From Candidatus Binataceae bacterium (GTDB lineage: Bacteria; Desulfobacterota; Binatia; Binatales; Binataceae): a DNA stretch of 64,000 nucleotides. Positions 1-8,224 of the stretch are shown here, in pieces. The DNA lies in NCBI GenBank assembly GCA_035531675.1, contig DATKSL010000033.1, forward strand, positions 160,260-224,259, in the 5' to 3' direction. Made by a program: the position numbers and the translations under genes. Within the stretch, counting starts at the first letter, position 1. Every line of letters starts with the position of its first letter. A model generated the notes under the pieces. It did not search any database. It was given only the letters and a program-made list of their open reading frames with translations, and had not been told where the DNA came from.

Positions 1-688
1 GGCTGCGGTGTTTCGATCGATCGACGGTGGCCGCAGTTGGGAGCAGCGGCCGGTGGCGTTTCCCGAGCGCTGCCCGATTCCGATCGGTCCGCCGCGCGTG
101 ACCGCGCTGGTGGTCGACCCGGCCAATCATCGCAGCATCTGGGCCGGCGCCGAGGTCGGCGGCGTTTTCCATAGCGTCGATGGTGGCGATAGCTGGCAGG
201 CGATGCCGCCGTTCGGCGACAGCGAGAACGCGCTCGACATCCACGGCGCGGCGATCAGCACTGGCCGCGAGAAGAAGGTTCTGATCACGACGCCCGACGG
301 TATCTGGAGCAGCCGCGACGAGGGGCAGAGCTGGTCGATGCACGGTTTCGAGTTTCCCAATCAGCCGCACAGCGCCTACACCCGCGCGGTGGCGGTGAGC
401 GCCGGCAATCCCGAGGTAATCTTCGTCGGCAACGGCAACATGGTGTTCGGCGACGGCGGCCTGGTGCAGCGCTCGCGCGACGGCGGCCAGAGCTGGGAGA
501 CGCTGGCGCTGCCGGTGGCGCCCAACTCCGCGGTCTACGGCTTCGCCACCAATCCCGCCGATCCCAACGTCGTGATCGCCAACACTTTCTATGGCTACAT
601 CTACCTGAGCGAGAACGGCGGCGATTCGTGGCGCAAGCTGCCGCGCGAGCTCACCGAAATCCGCTCGCAGGCCTGGCTGCCCAACTAG
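1..688 (+). CDS. BNR/Asp-box repeat beta-propeller protein (Ycf48-like/sialidase-like fold), C-terminal fragment; gene begins upstream of the window
   Basis: Five Asp-box repeats (SxDxGxSW: DGGRSW, DGGDSW, DEGQSW, DGGQSW, NGGDSW) at regular spacing. The reading frame is open from position 2 with no upstream stop. Confidence 0.65.
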   Translation, partial: AAVFRSIDGGRSWEQRPVAFPERCPIPIGPPRVTALVVDPANHRSIWAGAEVGGVFHSVDGGDSWQAMPPFGDSENALDIHGAAISTGREKKVLITTPDGIWSSRDEGQSWSMHGFEFPNQPHSAYTRAVAVSAGNPEVIFVGNGNMVFGDGGLVQRSRDGGQSWETLALPVAPNSAVYGFATNPADPNVVIANTFYGYIYLSENGGDSWRKLPRELTEIRSQAWLPN

Positions 689-1626
689 CGCGGCGTATCC
701 TGCGGGCGATGGCGCTTGACCGCCTCGGGATTGGTCGAATCGGCGCCCATGTAAACCCCGCGCTCCCAGGTGCGTTTGAGCGGATCGGCGACCTTGAGCG
801 CCATCCGCCCGATACCCGCGATTTCGATCTCGACGGTCTCGCCGTCCTGCAGCGCGCCCAGCCCCTCGTGGTTGGTGCCGCATGCGATCAGGTCGCCGGA
901 GCGCAGCGTCATGACGGTGCTGGCGAACTCGATCAGCTCGGGCACGCGATGCTCCATGTCGTCGGTGTTGTAATTGTGGCGCAGCTCGCCGTTGTTCCAG
1001 AAGCGCACGTGCAGATCGTTGGGCTCCGGAATTTCGTCGGCGGTGGCGATACAGGGACCGATCGGCGCGAAGGTATCGAACGACTTGCCGAGCCAGCTCC
1101 CGGCCTTCCAGGTCATGCGCCCCTCGCCGCGCGCCGAGACGTCGATCAGGCAGGTGTAGCCGAACACCGCGCTGCGCCAGTTCTCGCGGCTGACCCTCTT
1201 GGCCGGTCCCTTGATGACGATCGCCAGCTCGGCCTCGTGCATGAAAATCCACGGTTCGCGAAACTCGGGCAGCACGATGGTGTCGCCGGGGCCGACCACC
1301 GCTTCGGGATTTTTCAGGAACATGTTGAGCGGCCGCGCCTCGCGCTGCGCATGCTCCCAGTAGTTTGCGATGCAGCACAGAATCTTGCCCGGCCGCGGCA
1401 GCGGCGGCATCAGGCGCACCGAATCAAGCGGCGCCGCGTCGCCGCGCACGCGCGCCTGTTCGAGGCCCGGGCGCAGGCGTTCGAAGTCGTCGATGATGCC
1501 CTCCATCGTGAGCTCGGGCGTGTAGCCCGGCTTCACCATCGAGGCGATATTCACCACCCCGCGCTCGGTCATCAGGCCGGGGACAATCTCGCCGCCCGCG
1601 GCGGCCCGATACAGTACCAGCTTCAT
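685..1626 (-). CDS. fumarylacetoacetate hydrolase (FAH) family protein
   Basis: 313-aa ORF with the typical FAH-domain layout (MKLVLY N-terminus, conserved acidic metal-binding region, GTxxG-like core). Its ATG overlaps a divergent ATG at 1625. Confidence 0.75.
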   Translation of the reverse strand: MKLVLYRAAAGGEIVPGLMTERGVVNIASMVKPGYTPELTMEGIIDDFERLRPGLEQARVRGDAAPLDSVRLMPPLPRPGKILCCIANYWEHAQREARPLNMFLKNPEAVVGPGDTIVLPEFREPWIFMHEAELAIVIKGPAKRVSRENWRSAVFGYTCLIDVSARGEGRMTWKAGSWLGKSFDTFAPIGPCIATADEIPEPNDLHVRFWNNGELRHNYNTDDMEHRVPELIEFASTVMTLRSGDLIACGTNHEGLGALQDGETVEIEIAGIGRMALKVADPLKRTWERGVYMGADSTNPEAVKRHRPQDTPR

Positions 1627-1768
1627 GTGCTTTCTCTCCGGAGAAATGTTTGCAGGTAGCGCGCAAACCCGATGCTCGCACTCCTGCGATCGCTCTTACC
1701 GTGATAGTTCTACTGCGCCGGCGCGCCGATGCGAAAGCGGCGCAATCAGGCCGTGGGAGAAATCGATA

Positions 1769-2863
1769 GTGCTCTATTCCTGCCATCCCGATAGCTCTGG
1801 ACGCTCACGCTCGGCGGGCCGTGGATCCCGCAGCCGCCGCGCGCGAAAGTATCTCACGGTCGATATCCATTGCCACGTCTTCACGCCGCAGGCCGAAGCG
1901 CTGGTCAAGCCGCATTATCGGCCCGAGGACGACGCGATGGCCCGCTTTTCCAGCGAAGCAACGCGTGAAGTCAACCGCCGGCAGATGGAAACGATCGCGG
2001 TCAAGCTGACTTCGGTCGAAGCGCGATTAGCCGACATGGACGCGATGGGTATCGACGTGCAGGCGATTTCGCCGGCTCCGCCGCAGTATCATTACTGGAC
2101 CGAGCCGGAGCTGGGGCGCGAGATGACGCGGCTTATCAACCAGCGGCTGGCGGAAATCGTCGCGCAGCATCCCGATCGTTTCGTCGCGATCGGTGCGGTG
2201 CCGCTGCAGGCGCCGGAACTCGCGGTCGAGGAGCTCGAGCGGATCGTGAAGCGGCTCGGCTTCCGCGGCGTCGAGATCGCCCCGCACGTCGCCGGCATGG
2301 AATTGTCGGACCCGCGCCTGAGAAAGTTTTTCGCCAAGGCTGAGCAGCTCGGGGTGCTGATCTTCATCCATCCGCAGGGCTTCGCCGACGGCCAGCGGCT
2401 CAGCGATCACTACTTCATCAACGTGATCGGCAATCCGCTCGACTCGACCGTCGGCGTAAGCCATCTGATTTTCGGCGGCGTGCTCGAGCGCTGCCCGAAA
2501 CTCAAGATCTGCGTCGCTCACGGCGGCGGCTACCTGCCCGCCTACGCCGGGCGGATGGATCACGCGTGGGCGAATCGCCCGGACTGCCGCCTGCATATCA
2601 AGCGCAAGCCCACCAGCTACCTGAAGCGGCTCTACTTCGACACTATCGTCTACACGCCGCATCAGCTCGAGTACCTGGTCGAGCAGTATGGCAGCGATCA
2701 CATTCTGACCGGCACCGATTATCCGTACGACATGGGGATGAGCGACCCGCTGGGCTTCCTCGAAAGCGCTCCCCGCCTCGGACGCGACGCGCGCGAGGCG
2801 ATCGCCGGCGGCAACGCCGCGCGCCTGCTGAAGATCGCGCGCCGCCGCGCCGTCCGTCAGTGA
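1769..2863 (+). CDS. amidohydrolase-2 family protein (ACMSD/LigW-type metal-dependent decarboxylase/hydrolase)
   Basis: DIHCHVF metal-binding motif near the N-terminus and amidohydrolase-2 core (HxH...H...D). The ORF is open from an ATG at 1625, but the Arg-rich N-terminal extension looks non-native. A GTG at 1769 preceded by GGGAGAAA is proposed as the start; this is uncertain. Confidence 0.7.
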   Translation: MLYSCHPDSSGRSRSAGRGSRSRRARKYLTVDIHCHVFTPQAEALVKPHYRPEDDAMARFSSEATREVNRRQMETIAVKLTSVEARLADMDAMGIDVQAISPAPPQYHYWTEPELGREMTRLINQRLAEIVAQHPDRFVAIGAVPLQAPELAVEELERIVKRLGFRGVEIAPHVAGMELSDPRLRKFFAKAEQLGVLIFIHPQGFADGQRLSDHYFINVIGNPLDSTVGVSHLIFGGVLERCPKLKICVAHGGGYLPAYAGRMDHAWANRPDCRLHIKRKPTSYLKRLYFDTIVYTPHQLEYLVEQYGSDHILTGTDYPYDMGMSDPLGFLESAPRLGRDAREAIAGGNAARLLKIARRRAVRQ

Positions 2864-3612
2864 AGCGCGCCCCCGCCGTCGACGTTGAAGGCCTGGCCGG
2901 TAATGAAATCGCTGCCGTCGGAAGCCAGGAACACCACGGTCGGCGAGAGATCGGCGGGCTGCTCGCTGCGCTTGATTATCTGCGCGTTCAGGAGCTCGCG
3001 CTTGACCGTCTCGACGCTCTCGCGGTCGCCGAGACTGGTGGCCGCCTGAGTCATGGTGTAGCCCGGCGTCAGGGTGTTGACGTTGATACCGCTGCCGGAA
3101 AGCTCGCGCGCCAGTGAACGAGTGAGCGCGAACACGGCGCCCTTGGAGGCGACGTAATGCAGGTAGAGCGGGGGGCCCATCCAGATGGTGCCCGAGGACA
3201 CGTTGATTATCTTGCCCTTGCCCTGGCGTCTCATCGCCGGCACTGCCGCCTTGCAGCAGTTCCAGATGCCTTTGACGTTGACCGCCATCACGCGGTCCCA
3301 TTCTTCCTCAGTGATCTGATCGAAGGCGATCCAGCGGCCGAGGTCGGCGGCATTGTTGACCAGCACGTCGATACGCCCGAAACGGCGCACCGCCTCCTCG
3401 GCCATCGCACGCGTCTGCGGCTCCTTGGTGACGTCGACCTTGACCGCGATCGCCTCGCTGCCGGCCTCGACGACCTTGGCGACGGTCGCCTCGCACGGCA
3501 GGATGTCAGCCGCCACGATTTTTGCGCCATTGCGCGCCAGCGCGACGCTGTACTCCTGTCCGAGCCCGCGCGCCGCGCCGGTTACGATAGCCACCCGGCC
3601 GTCCAGCATCAT
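2857..3612 (-). CDS. SDR family short-chain dehydrogenase/reductase
   Basis: TGAARGLG Rossmann motif and YxxxK-type catalytic region. ATGATG start at 3612 with a GGGAGAG RBS; the longer ORF from 3684 adds a non-native leader. Confidence 0.8.
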   Translation of the reverse strand: MMLDGRVAIVTGAARGLGQEYSVALARNGAKIVAADILPCEATVAKVVEAGSEAIAVKVDVTKEPQTRAMAEEAVRRFGRIDVLVNNAADLGRWIAFDQITEEEWDRVMAVNVKGIWNCCKAAVPAMRRQGKGKIINVSSGTIWMGPPLYLHYVASKGAVFALTRSLARELSGSGINVNTLTPGYTMTQAATSLGDRESVETVKRELLNAQIIKRSEQPADLSPTVVFLASDGSDFITGQAFNVDGGGALH

Positions 3613-3641
3613 AGGTATCTCTCCCGCGCCGCGACGGCGCT

Positions 3642-4367
3642 CTAAACGAACACTTCCGAGAACAGGCCGCGCATCGCAGCCCACGAACGCCGGTCAGCCG
3701 CCGGCTGATAGCCAAACCCCGGCATCGGAATCTGATCGGCAGCCGTATTGGTGAAGGCATGCTTCGCGCCGCTGTAGATATTCACCTGCCAATCGACGCC
3801 TACCTTGGTCATCTCCTGCTCGAAGCCTGCCACCTGCGCGGCCGGTACCAGCGGATCTTCGGCGCCGGTGCAGACCAGGATCTTCGGCTTAACCTTGCCG
3901 GGAGCCGCCGGATTCTCGGTCGCCAGCAGGCCGTGGAAAGTGACGGCCCCGGCGAGCTGCGCGCCGCTGCGTGCCAGCTCCAGCACGCAATAGCCGCCGA
4001 AGCAGTAGCCGATCGCGGCGAGCTGCTGCGGATTCACGTTGGGCCGCGCAACCAGCGCATCGTAGCCGGCGCGGAGCCGGCCCTGGAACTTGGGCACGTC
4101 GCCCTTGACCTCGTTCATCATCGCGAGCGCCTCGGGTCCCGAGCCTGCCACCTTGCCCTCGCCATACATGTCGACCGCCAGCGCCACGTAGCCCAACTCG
4201 GCCAGCATCCCGGCCCGCCGCTTGACGTGATCGTCGCAGCCGGGGGCTTCGTGAAAGATCAGCACGCCCGGGCGGCGCTCTGAGCCGTCGGGCGAGGCGA
4301 GGTAGCCGCGCAAGGTGATGCCTTCGTATTTGTAATCCAGAGTTTGCGTCTTCATCCGAGCCTCCAA
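3642..4367 (-). CDS. dienelactone hydrolase family protein
   Basis: DLH-like layout (GYLASP, FHEAPG, nucleophile region CFGG, C-terminal His). A GGAGG RBS lies 5 nt upstream of the ATG at 4367. Confidence 0.8.
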   Translation of the reverse strand: MEARMKTQTLDYKYEGITLRGYLASPDGSERRPGVLIFHEAPGCDDHVKRRAGMLAELGYVALAVDMYGEGKVAGSGPEALAMMNEVKGDVPKFQGRLRAGYDALVARPNVNPQQLAAIGYCFGGYCVLELARSGAQLAGAVTFHGLLATENPAAPGKVKPKILVCTGAEDPLVPAAQVAGFEQEMTKVGVDWQVNIYSGAKHAFTNTAADQIPMPGFGYQPAADRRSWAAMRGLFSEVFV

Positions 4368-4514
4368 TTTTGGGGCCGCTCACCCTCCGCTGATCGGCGA
4401 CGGGTGCGGGCCGGGAACTTTGCGGTAAATCGAGCGCAATGACATCACGCTCTCAGCGCTTCGGCAAGCGAATTCGCAGGCCGAAGCCTGGAGGATCTCT
4501 GTACAAGTCCGGTC

Positions 4515-4577
4515 GTCATTCTGAACGGAGTCTGCGCAGTGAAGAATCCCGGGATTCTTCGCTGCGCTCAGAATGAC
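4515..4577. repeat. 63-bp imperfect palindrome (long hairpin) between the StyA-like and dienelactone-hydrolase genes
   Basis: GTCATTCTGA...GCGCAGTGAAGAATCCC|GGGATTCTTCGCTGCGCTCAGAATGAC. The arms are 27 nt with one mismatch and a 9-nt bulge. No U-tract follows on the transcribed (minus) strand. Confidence 0.5.
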
Positions 4578-4602
4578 AGAATGGGCCTCGTGCAGAAATT
4601 CC

Positions 4603-5847
4603 CTAGCTGGCCGGGGCGGCGCGCGAGGCGATTAACTTGTGTGCTTCGGCGAGCTCGCCAATCGCGGGCCAGAACTCCTGCGGCTCGTTGAAGTTGGCGA
4701 CGAACCATTCGGCGAGAGCGGGGTTTTGCGAGGCCGCGCCCAGGATTTCGCGCGCCGGCTCGGTAATCGGTTCCAGCAGCAGGTTGGAAAAATTCGTGAT
4801 GCCCTTCGATTCCTTCTCCCAGTACTCCTCGAACAGCGCTTCCATCCAATCCGCATCGAAAGGGCGTGAGCGACGCTCGACGATCCGCTCGATCGCCAGA
4901 TGGGTAGTCTTGGCGGCATGATTCGAGCCCTGCCCGGCGATCGGATCGTTGAGCACGACGGTGTCGCCCAACCCCATCACGACTCGCCCCGACTTGAGCC
5001 GCCCGACCGGCCGGCGGATGGTCGGCGTCAGCGCCCCCTTGGCCCACGCCATCGGATCGGTCAGGGCGACGTCGCGCACGGTCGCGGACTCCCACGGTGC
5101 GAACTCGGCGATTATCTCGCGCGCGATGCGGATCATCTCGTCGCCCGAAGCGGCCGCGCCGAAGCGATCCATCGGGCCGCCCCGATGCGCCTCGAATAGC
5201 AGGCTGTAGCAGTTGATCCCGCCGACGGCGTGAAACGGGATCCAGAAGATCTCGCCCGCGCCGGCGAAGAAGGTGAACTTGATTGGCACGTCGAGCGCGA
5301 TCTTCCACGGCTTTAGCCCGGCCAGCGTCAGCAGGCCGAGCTGGCGGCGCGGCGCGGTGTAGACGCTGCGCGTGTCGTCGCGCGGGAAGAGCCCGGCGAT
5401 TTCACCCTTGCCGGCGGCGACCACCACCAGGTCGTGGCTGGCGGCGAGCTGCTCCAAGTCGTCGAGGGTGGCGCCCTTGAAAATCAGCTGGCCGCCGCGC
5501 CGCTCGAACTCCTCCATCCAGCGCGCGAACTTGAGCCGTTGATCGATGGCCTGTCCGGGCCGCGGCAAAGCGGCCTCGACCTGGAGCGCGATCGCACCCG
5601 GCTGCAGGCAGAAATCGAGGTGGATGCCGGCGCCCCAATGAGTCTCGCGATCCCAGGCGTTGAGCCCCAGCTCGCGTTCGTAGCTGAGCGCGCGATCGAA
5701 CATGAAGGCGGTTGCGATCGCGCGCCCCTTGAGCAGCTCCTCGGGCCGCCGATCCGAAAACAGCGTGACCTGGTAGCCACGGCGCAACAGCCCGAAGCCG
5801 AGATGAAGTCCGGCCTGCCCGGCGCCGATTATCGCGATACGCCGCAT
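4603..5847 (-). CDS. StyA-like FAD-dependent monooxygenase (styrene monooxygenase large-component family)
   Basis: N-terminal MRRIAIIGAGQAGL dinucleotide-binding motif, internal GLGD motif and a C-terminal region resembling StyA-type epoxidases, 414 aa. The start lies 3 nt after the stop of the upstream cupin gene. Confidence 0.6.
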   Translation of the reverse strand: MRRIAIIGAGQAGLHLGFGLLRRGYQVTLFSDRRPEELLKGRAIATAFMFDRALSYERELGLNAWDRETHWGAGIHLDFCLQPGAIALQVEAALPRPGQAIDQRLKFARWMEEFERRGGQLIFKGATLDDLEQLAASHDLVVVAAGKGEIAGLFPRDDTRSVYTAPRRQLGLLTLAGLKPWKIALDVPIKFTFFAGAGEIFWIPFHAVGGINCYSLLFEAHRGGPMDRFGAAASGDEMIRIAREIIAEFAPWESATVRDVALTDPMAWAKGALTPTIRRPVGRLKSGRVVMGLGDTVVLNDPIAGQGSNHAAKTTHLAIERIVERRSRPFDADWMEALFEEYWEKESKGITNFSNLLLEPITEPAREILGAASQNPALAEWFVANFNEPQEFWPAIGELAEAHKLIASRAAPAS

Positions 5848-5850
5848 CGA

Positions 5851-6252
5851 TTACGGATGGCCCGCGGCGCCCTGCTTGACGTAGCCCTCCGGACCGTTGG
5901 TGGTGACCGCCAGGTACGACAGCCGCCCGCTGCCGGTGTTGCGGATACCATGGATCACGGTGCGCGGCACGATCACGCAATCACCCGCCTTGACCGGGAC
6001 CTCGGTGCCGTCGCCGTGCAGCAGTCGTCCCTGGCCTTCGAGGATCATGAAGGTATGCGCATTGGCGGGATGCATGTGAGGGGCGTTCTCCTGCCCGGCT
6101 TCGAGGTTCCACACCACCAGGGTCTGGTCGGCGTCCTCGTACATCACAACCACGTTGGCCTCTTCTTTGGAGAAGCGGCGAAATGGGGCGAGATCGTGTA
6201 CCCCGCTGCCAACCGTCTTCGGCTCCATCTTTTTGGTCAAATCCGCCGGCAT
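5851..6252 (-). CDS. cupin domain protein
   Basis: HMHPxxxHxFxILEG and VPxxxxHG cupin motifs. ATG at 6252 with a GGAGGAGA RBS; the longer 6519 ORF extension is rejected. Confidence 0.65.
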   Translation of the reverse strand: MPADLTKKMEPKTVGSGVHDLAPFRRFSKEEANVVVMYEDADQTLVVWNLEAGQENAPHMHPANAHTFMILEGQGRLLHGDGTEVPVKAGDCVIVPRTVIHGIRNTGSGRLSYLAVTTNGPEGYVKQGAAGHP

Positions 6253-6390
6253 CTTGGTCTCCTCCCGAGTCTTTCGATTATGGTTTGCGATCCGTCGCAG
6301 TTCGAGGTGATTGTCGCGCAGGTGCCTGCTAATGCATAGTGGAAAATCCGGCAAACGAGCAATGGCGCGCCGGCCGGTTACGGTAATCCG

Positions 6391-7236
6391 ATGAAATTCG
6401 GCATCCAGACCAAGGTGACCCTTTCCTCGATCGGCGTTGCCGAGCTGGCCCGGGCGATCGAGCAGCGCGGCCTCGAAGCGCTGTTCCTGGCCGAATATAC
6501 CCATATCCCCAAGCAGCATAAGTCGCCGTTCGGCGGACCGTTGCCAGAGCCGTTCTTCAACACCTTCGACCCGCTGATCGCGCTGGCGGCGGCGGCCCAG
6601 GCGACCGGGCGAATTACGCTGGGGACGTGTGTGATGGTGGTGGTGCAGCGCAATCCGATCGTGCTGGCGAAGGAAGTCGCGACGCTCGATCAGTTATCGG
6701 GCGGGCGCTTCGTGCTGGGGGTCGGCGCCGGCGGAATTCCCGAGGCCAACCTGAATCACGGCGTCACGAGTGGGCAACGATGGCAGGTGCTGCGCGAGAC
6801 GGTGCTGGCGCTCAAGCAGATCTGGAACTCCGCCGAGCCCGAATTTCACGGTGAAATCGTCAACTTCGATCCGATCATTTCCAATCCCAAGCCGAAGCGG
6901 CCCGGCGGCCCGCCAATCCTGCTCGGCGGCCACGCGCCGCGGACCATCGAGCGCGCCGCGCAGTACTGCGACGGATGGTTTCCCGGCTTCGGTTACGGGA
7001 GCTTCGATTTGGCGGCGGGAATCGAAGCGTTTCGGCGCGCGGCCGCGAGCGCCGGCCGCTCCGCCGATGCGCTGGCGGTGAACGTAGTCTCGGTGCCGAT
7101 CGACGAGGCGAAGTTGCGGCCGCTGCTGGCGCTGGGGATCGAGCGGATCGTCTTTCAGGTGCCGTCCGAGCCGCGCGACACGATGCTGCCGATACTCGAC
7201 CGCTGCGCCGAGGTCGCCGGTCGACTAAATGGCTGA
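6391..7236 (+). CDS. LLM class (luciferase-like) flavin/F420-dependent oxidoreductase
   Basis: TIM-barrel LLM signature regions (LGxGxG, FHGE...F) across a 281-aa ORF. Confidence 0.8.
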   Translation: MKFGIQTKVTLSSIGVAELARAIEQRGLEALFLAEYTHIPKQHKSPFGGPLPEPFFNTFDPLIALAAAAQATGRITLGTCVMVVVQRNPIVLAKEVATLDQLSGGRFVLGVGAGGIPEANLNHGVTSGQRWQVLRETVLALKQIWNSAEPEFHGEIVNFDPIISNPKPKRPGGPPILLGGHAPRTIERAAQYCDGWFPGFGYGSFDLAAGIEAFRRAAASAGRSADALAVNVVSVPIDEAKLRPLLALGIERIVFQVPSEPRDTMLPILDRCAEVAGRLNG

Positions 7237-7246
7237 GGGCTGAATC

Positions 7247-8224
7247 ATGATTCCACTTACTTTCGCCTGCGGGCTTTACGATCGGATGCTGCCGCTCTAC
7301 AGCGGCGAGGTGCGGCCGGAGGGGATCGATCTCAAGTTCCTCGCGATCGAGTCGCCGCGCGAAATTTTCGACCGCATGGCCGGCAAGATGGAATTCGACG
7401 CCTGCGAGATGTCGAGCTCCGAGCTGATCAGCCGGATGGGCGCCGGCCAATGTCCGTTCGTCGCTATCCCGGTCTTCCCGTCGCGCGTCTTCCGCCACGG
7501 TTTTATCTGCATCAACCGTAACAAGGGCATCAAAACCCCGAAGGACCTGGAGGGCAAACGGGTCGGCGTGCCGCTCTACACGATGTCCGCGGCGCTCTGG
7601 ATTCGCGGCCATCTCCAGCACGAATACGGCGTCGACCTGTCGACGATCCATTGGGTGCAGGGGGCGACCAATGCGCCCGGGGCGCACGGCAGTCCGACCG
7701 TGCTGCCGCTGCTGAAGCCGGTCTCGATCGAGAACAACCACAGCGACCGATCGCTGAGCCAGCTGCTCGAAGCGGGCGCGATCGACGCGATTGCGGGCGC
7801 CGAGATGCCGGCGGCGCTCGGCAAGAGCGCCAACGTCGAGCGGCTGTTTCCGAACTTTCGCGAGGTCGAAAAGGATTTTTACCGGCGCACGCGGATCTTC
7901 CCGATCATGCATCTGGTGGTAATCCGGCGCGAGCTTTACGAGCGTCATCCGTCGGTGGCGGCGAGCCTCTACGATGCGCTCTTGCGCTCGAAGAACATCG
8001 CGCTGGCCCGGATGCGTTACCTCGGGGCGCTGCGCTACATGCTGCCGTGGCTGCCCGCCGACCTCGACGAGCTTGATGAGACCTTCGGCGCCGATCCGTG
8101 GCCGTACGGTATCGAAGCCAACCGGCCGACGCTCGAGGCGCTGGTCAGCTACATGGTCGAGCAATCGTTCATCGCGCGGCCGATTCCAATCGAGGAGCTG
8201 TTCGTCCCGACTGCCGTCCAATGA
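7247..8224 (+). CDS. NMT1/THI5-like periplasmic-binding-fold protein, 4,5-dihydroxyphthalate decarboxylase (Pht5)-like family
   Basis: Motifs recalled for the Pht5 family (IPVFPSRVFRH, GVPxYTMSAAxWxRG, FYRRTRIFPIMH, WPYGIEANRxTLEA). The GAGGG RBS is followed by ATG, and the stop overlaps the next gene start (ATGA). Confidence 0.55.
   Translation: MIPLTFACGLYDRMLPLYSGEVRPEGIDLKFLAIESPREIFDRMAGKMEFDACEMSSSELISRMGAGQCPFVAIPVFPSRVFRHGFICINRNKGIKTPKDLEGKRVGVPLYTMSAALWIRGHLQHEYGVDLSTIHWVQGATNAPGAHGSPTVLPLLKPVSIENNHSDRSLSQLLEAGAIDAIAGAEMPAALGKSANVERLFPNFREVEKDFYRRTRIFPIMHLVVIRRELYERHPSVAASLYDALLRSKNIALARMRYLGALRYMLPWLPADLDELDETFGADPWPYGIEANRPTLEALVSYMVEQSFIARPIPIEELFVPTAVQ

Noticed and set aside
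628-1659. 343-aa plus-strand ORF, with many similar long ORFs elsewhere (for example 2027-3301 -, 6875-8233 -, 8464-9306 -, 9924-10889 +, 14053-15012 -, 18635-20233 +, 20197-21162 -, 25151-26002 +, 29865-30647 +, 30831-31784 +, 46185-46922 +, 47100-48158 +, 48442-49485 +, 50248-51345 -, 51727-52725 +, 54567-55361 -, 55917-56870 -, 60590-61414 +, 61742-62632 +)
   Set aside because: They lie antisense to, or out of frame with, motif-supported genes. They are Arg/Ala/Gly-rich with no recognisable domains, as expected for shadow ORFs in about 67 % GC DNA.
1625-1768. ATG at 1625 as start of the amidohydrolase-2 gene
   Set aside because: It would add a 78-aa Arg/Ser-rich extension unlike any amidohydrolase N-terminus, overlapping the divergent FAH start. 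A GTG at 1769 with a GGGAGAAA RBS is more plausible, though the start is still uncertain.
4515-4577. Long hairpin as rho-independent terminator of the StyA-like gene
   Set aside because: No U-rich tract follows on the transcribed strand, and the stem is interrupted by a 9-nt bulge. It is reported as a palindromic repeat or RNA structure instead.
6253-6519. Extended 222-aa cupin ORF starting at 6519
   Set aside because: The upstream 89 codons have no RBS and overlap the divergent LLM promoter region. The internal ATG at 6252 has a strong GGAGGAGA RBS and yields a normal 133-aa cupin.
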